Translations under genes and position numbers: made by a program
Part shown: in pieces, positions 59,854 through 64,000 of the stretch
Numbering within the stretch: the first letter of the stretch is position 1
Layout: the number at the start of each line of letters is the position of its first letter
The notes under the pieces: generated by a model
Database searches by the model: none
What the model was told of the DNA's origin: nothing
The model's input: the letters and a program-made list of their open reading frames with translations, nothing else
Assembly (NCBI GenBank): GCA_963728565.1
Contig: CAVSLC010000013.1
Span: forward strand, 384,001 to 448,000
From: an uncultured delta proteobacterium
GTDB taxonomy: Bacteria; Desulfobacterota; Binatia; UBA9968
Length of the DNA: 64,000 bases
Reading direction: 5' to 3'

Positions 59854-59978
59854 GCAGACTGCTGAAAAAGACCCATTTGCTTCGTTGCCGCTCAATCGCC
59901 TCGCTGCAACCTACTGTAGTACGCCTCCGGCCGCCGATTTTCCCGAGCCTTGTATCTTGATCTTTTTGCCCAGCCTGC
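59854..59978 (-). repeat. ~125-bp TIR-bounded structured repeat, copy D
   Basis: Reverse complement GCAGGCTGGGCAAAAAG...GAGGCGTACtacaGTAGGTTG...GGGTCTTTTTCAGCAGTCTGC. Confidence 0.8.
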
Positions 59979-60056
59979 AAGAGGTTTTTTTCAGCACCTC
60001 CTAGAGAATGCAACTGAATCACGATTGTGCTGTTCACTTCAATGCGCCGCGGTGAT

Positions 60057-61069
60057 TCATTGGGCAAAGAAGATCTGGCGAAACTCGCTACTTAAATTCT
60101 TTGCCTCCTCCTGCGTCGGATTGTCCATGGGTATCATGTTCGGAGTCACCTTCTCAGCGCCTTGAATCGGCGGGTAGACACCGGGCGCCAGGACGAATTC
60201 GCCGTCTTGTGCGATGATTCTCTGCCCTTCGGCGGAAACTGCGTACTCGATGTAGAGTCGGCCCGCGTTTGAGCGCGCCGCTTTGGCTCCAAGCGCCAGG
60301 TGATTAGGGTCGGAGAGATATTTATCAAGCGGCGACATAAGAAACCGGACCTTTGTATTGCTTGACGAATTTTATGTAGGCGATGCCGACCTGCGCTTCT
60401 CCTTTTATGATCGCCGGAGTTACCGGCGCCAGGGATTCCAGCAGAAGCGGTTGTTGCTTCGCCAAACCTCTCACATACTCGCGCCATTTCGGCCCCATCA
60501 GTTTTTCGAGATTCCATAAAAACTTTGCCGTCGTCGTGTGCCGCGAGGGATCAGGCATGCTGATTTTTCCTTTCCATTTAGAGTTCAGGAGATCTTCTAA
60601 ACTCTTGGGAGCGTCAGCGGCTTTGACCAATTCGGTGTTGTAAAGAATGCTGATCGGCAAGATACGCCACGGCGTGATCAGAGCATCTTTTTCCTTGAAC
60701 TGGTCGGCAAAGCTTTGTGCAGACGGCGGAACATAAGGTGCGAAAATCCCTTCCTTTTTCATTAAAGCCATGACATCCCAACTCGACTCGACCACGTCAA
60801 ATGCGGGCCGGCTGGCGCGCCATTCGCTTTGTGCGCGCTCAGCTACCGCGGTCGAGGACCCGCGCCAATAGTCGACTCTGATGCCGTGCTTTAATTCAAA
60901 ATTTTTGTGCAGCTCTTCCATCGCCTGCGGCACCACACTGCCGTAGACGACCACCTTGCCCTCCTTCTTTGCCGCGGCAATATCAATGGCTTGTCCCCGG
61001 GCGTCGACAACTAGCGAATAACCACAGAGCCAGAACTATTCCGACGCTACAGGCTTTAACCATATTCAT
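60057..61069 (-). CDS. Extracellular solute-binding protein (paralogue of 53422-54429), frameshifted near 60335 and 60970-61000
   Basis: KKEGKVVVYGS, YWRGSST, PKSLEDLL, DPSRHTTT; pieces 60325-60954 and 60057-60338; GGAGG RBS before ATG 61069/61063. Confidence 0.78.
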
Positions 61070-61490
61070 GCCTCCGGTCGCTAGAGCTAGTTCGCCAGTT
61101 TTGGCTTTCTTAGATGACGCGCCTGGTTTTCTGGCCGGAGTCTATGTTGAGTACAACTGCCCCATATACGCTTTCAGGGGCACATCAGCACCGTTAGACC
61201 ACGCGATTGTCAGACCGTCAATAAAAAACTTCTTGAATAGTGTTTGTTCAGAGGTTCGAAAATCGGTCCGGTGAGCCACGACTAAGTCGATGATTCTCTG
61301 GTGCTGTCGATACATGGCCCGAAGAACCTCTTACTACATATTCCGCATAGATATTCCACTCCATGGGAAGATTGGGTAATTTGTACCGTCCCGACTGATG
61401 CCCTGTTGAAGTCTCCCGTCCGGGTCAGATCGGCAGTAGAACCACGGCCGCGAGCGGGACGGGGAAGCCGGGCAGCTGGCTTATCTTAAC

Positions 61491-61526
61491 AAAAGGAGCT
61501 AGCGCGGCAAGCCCGCGCTAGCTCCT
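61491..61526 (-). terminator. Intrinsic terminator downstream of the methyltransferase
   Basis: GGAGCTAGCGCGG/CCGCGCTAGCTCC 13-bp stem with a T-run on the minus strand. Confidence 0.8.
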
Positions 61527-61553
61527 AAATCGCTCATTTCTGGACCGCCTACT

Positions 61554-62611
61554 CTAAGGTTGAGCTTCGAGAATCAGGTTAAACGGGGTTTTCTTGGCCG
61601 CCCGGATAGTCCGGAATCCAGCTTCTTTTAAAATCTTCGTTAACTTCTTCTCGCCCGCTTGGGCTCCGAGCGCCATCCCTTCTTCGGACAATGAATGCGC
61701 GCAGCAGAGCGTCGTCGACGCGGAATAGTAAAGGCGTCCGATGGGATTTAGATTATCTTCGACCCGGTCGTTGGCGTACGGTTCGACGAGCATGACGGAG
61801 CCGTTTGGCGACAACGCTTCGCGCGCGTGGCGCGCCGCGCCCACTGGATCTCCCATATCGTGCAAACAATCGAAGAAACAGATCAAATCGAACCCTTGCG
61901 CGGGATAGTTCTTGGCATCCGCAACCTCGAAGGTAACACGATCGCCGATACTGCGCTTTTTAGCATTCCCTCGCGCGGCATCGATCGAATCCGGGTGAAT
62001 GTCGAAGCCCCAAAATCGAGATCCGAGGAAACGCTTCGGCCATGATGATCGTCGAGTGTCCGTGGCCGCAGCCGACGTCGGCGATCTTGGCCCCGGCATT
62101 TAACTTCTCCGTGCCGTTTTCCAGAGCGGGTAGCCAATCTGAAACTAACTGGCCCTGGTATGCGTTTCGGTAAAAGGCGGCGACACCCCGGTACAGTCGC
62201 GGGTTGTGCTCGTCCCAGCCGATGCCTCGCCCGGTGCGGAACGCCTCGATTGTTTTCTCTTCATCGAACCACATGGACGCCGGCACTTCCCAGGCGGGCG
62301 GCAGGAAAAGCGGGCTGTCCTCGTTAGCGAGCACCATCGCCTGCTCGGGTGTGAGCTCGTAAGTCTCGCTGGACGGGTGATAGACGACATAACCCGCGGC
62401 TGCCTGGCTGTTGAGCCATTCGCGCACATACCGCTCTGCGCAACCAGCTAGTTTGGCGACCTCCGTGGAGCTTAAGGGACCCTGTCCTGCCATTGCCTTG
62501 TACAAGCCGAGTTTATCTCCCAAAGCGACCATCACTCCGCCATAACCCGCCGCCAGATCATTGATCGCTTTTTCCACGAAGCTCATTTAGCTTTTGCTCG
62601 TTGACCTTCAT
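61554..62611 (-). CDS. Class I SAM methyltransferase with N-terminal wHTH (Rv2258c-like), frameshifts near 62030 and 62585
   Basis: GDKLGLYKAM, ERYVREWL, ADVGCGHG, FDCLHDMGDP, ALGAQAGE, TPFNLILEA; AGGAGG RBS. Confidence 0.85.
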
Positions 62612-62727
62612 CGTTCTATCCTCCTAAGGTAGATTTGTTTTCACGCCAGTCAAAATAATCTCTCGAGCCTGTCGGTAGAAGAGCGAAAACGGTCAAAACA
62701 GGTTCGTTCGTGCCAGAGGGAAAGAAA

Positions 62728-63779
62728 ATGAAGGGTGGAAAAAAATCGATTAGCGTCAGTCTCTTGGCTATTCCCGAGGTCATGGCCTCGACGCTTAATC
62801 GGACTCCACGACGTGTTGAATTCGTTCGCTCTGCTTTCCACTTACAATGATGCTTTACCGAGCGATCCGCCGTTCACCGTGGAAATCGTCGCCCCCAGTT
62901 CGCGGCCTGACGCACACTGCCAGCGGTATGCCGATCCCAGCCGGGCGATCCATCGATGACATCGATTCGACCGATGTGATCATTGTACCGTCGGTCATCG
63001 TTGCGCGGGGCGAGTGGCTTAAAGGCAGATATCCGAGCATCGTTCGTTGGTTAACCGAGATGCATGCCAAAGGCGCGCAGTTGTGTTCGACGTGCTCCGG
63101 CGTACTACTGTTGGCGGAAACCGGTTTATTGGAGGGCAAAGAAGCAACCATTCACTGGATTTACGCGCCGACTTTCCAAAGAAACTTTCCCGGTGTTCGT
63201 TTGCGCGTGGAGAAAGCCTTGGTTGCGATCGGAGAAAATAATCAATTCATCATGTCCGGCGCGTCCACGGCATGGCACGATTTGATTCTCTACTTGATCT
63301 CCCAGCATGCCGGTCCCACAGCCGCGCAAGCCATCGCCAAGTTTTTCGCATTTCAATGGCATGCCGACGGCTTGTCTCCCTATGTCATGTTCGAACCAGC
63401 TACGGATCATGGCGACGCCGTAATTCAAGAGACTCAGAAATGGCTCAACAAGCATTTCTCGGTGCCAAGCCCGATCGAGCAAGCGGTGCGCCAATCCGGC
63501 ATCGCTGAGCGCACCTTCAAACGGCGCTTCAAGAACGCAACGGGTCACACGCCCATTGAGTATGTCCAGCGCCTGCGCGTGGATGAAGCAAAGCGGCGGT
63601 TGGAAAGAACAACCGCGCCCATCGATGAAATTGGCTGGCAGGTCGGCTACGAAGACCCGACCTTTTTTCGCCGCTTATTCAAGCGTCTCACCGGCGTTAC
63701 CGCCGGCGCATACAGACGCAGGTTCAGGATCCCGGAGTCTGTGCCTCTCGCAAAGATGAAAAGTGGGATTCGATTGTGA
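62728..63779 (+). CDS. GlxA/FtrA-family AraC regulator (DJ-1 domain + HTH), 5' frameshifts
   Basis: CSTCSG, ATIHW, ERTFKRRF, VGYEDPTFFRRLFKR; upstream broken frames give SLLAIPEVMAST..GLHDVL. Confidence 0.85.
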
Positions 63780-64000
63780 TGGCCGATTCGGTCGTAATGA
63801 TCCCGGATTCCGCAGTTGAAGGAGAGGTCATGAGCGAGGAGCAAACCTTCCGCAGCGGCGAGCCAAGCATCAAAAAGGACTTTGAAACGGAACACTCCGG
63901 TGTCTTCGCTTCTCCAGGCTGCCCCTCGCTCAGTTTTTAACTGCGGAAGGCGGGTTGATATCACCGCGACTGTTTGCAGTTGCAATTCCCGGCGCAACCA

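Noticed and set aside
44417-59978. Recurrent repeats as a CRISPR array
   Set aside because: The copies are dispersed, ~125 bp and diverged; there are no regular spacers and no cas genes.
63830-64000. ORF starting MSEEQTFRSGEPS after a GGAG RBS
   Set aside because: It stops after about 36 codons near the window edge and cannot be identified.

Overview
Bacterial chromosomal window, moderately GC-rich. The gene content suggests an uncultured deltaproteobacterium-like lineage such as Candidatus Binatia; this is inference only, based on ten orphan solute-binding proteins, several amidohydrolases, tandem ornithine-cyclodeaminase-family genes, an orphan Mo-hydroxylase large subunit and an LLM oxidoreductase. 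The left ~15 kb is mostly housekeeping or envelope: a PaaA-like di-iron protein, uup, an M48 peptidase, two AsmA paralogues, maf, a Dus, an MFS, tRNA-Gly(GCC), pgsA, a lytic transglycosylase and a MutT-like gene. The rest is a patchwork of catabolic enzymes and binding proteins, with small mobile or defence remnants: a SIR2-like fragment fused to a broken DUF2283 toxin-antitoxin pair, a HEPN-like gene, vapBC and a tcuA fragment. At least eleven otherwise intact genes carry small frameshifts, probably long-read errors. The best candidate for an undescribed system is at 33.5-34.9 kb. There a DUF2294/MpsC gene ends on a sigma70-like promoter, followed by a leader with mutually exclusive hairpins (protector, antiterminator, terminator), a short uORF and a second terminator, ahead of an orphan NitT/TauT permease. 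A ~125-bp structured, inverted-repeat-bounded element occurs four times, and several other REP/MITE-like families are present. No CRISPR array, rRNA or intact transposase was seen.
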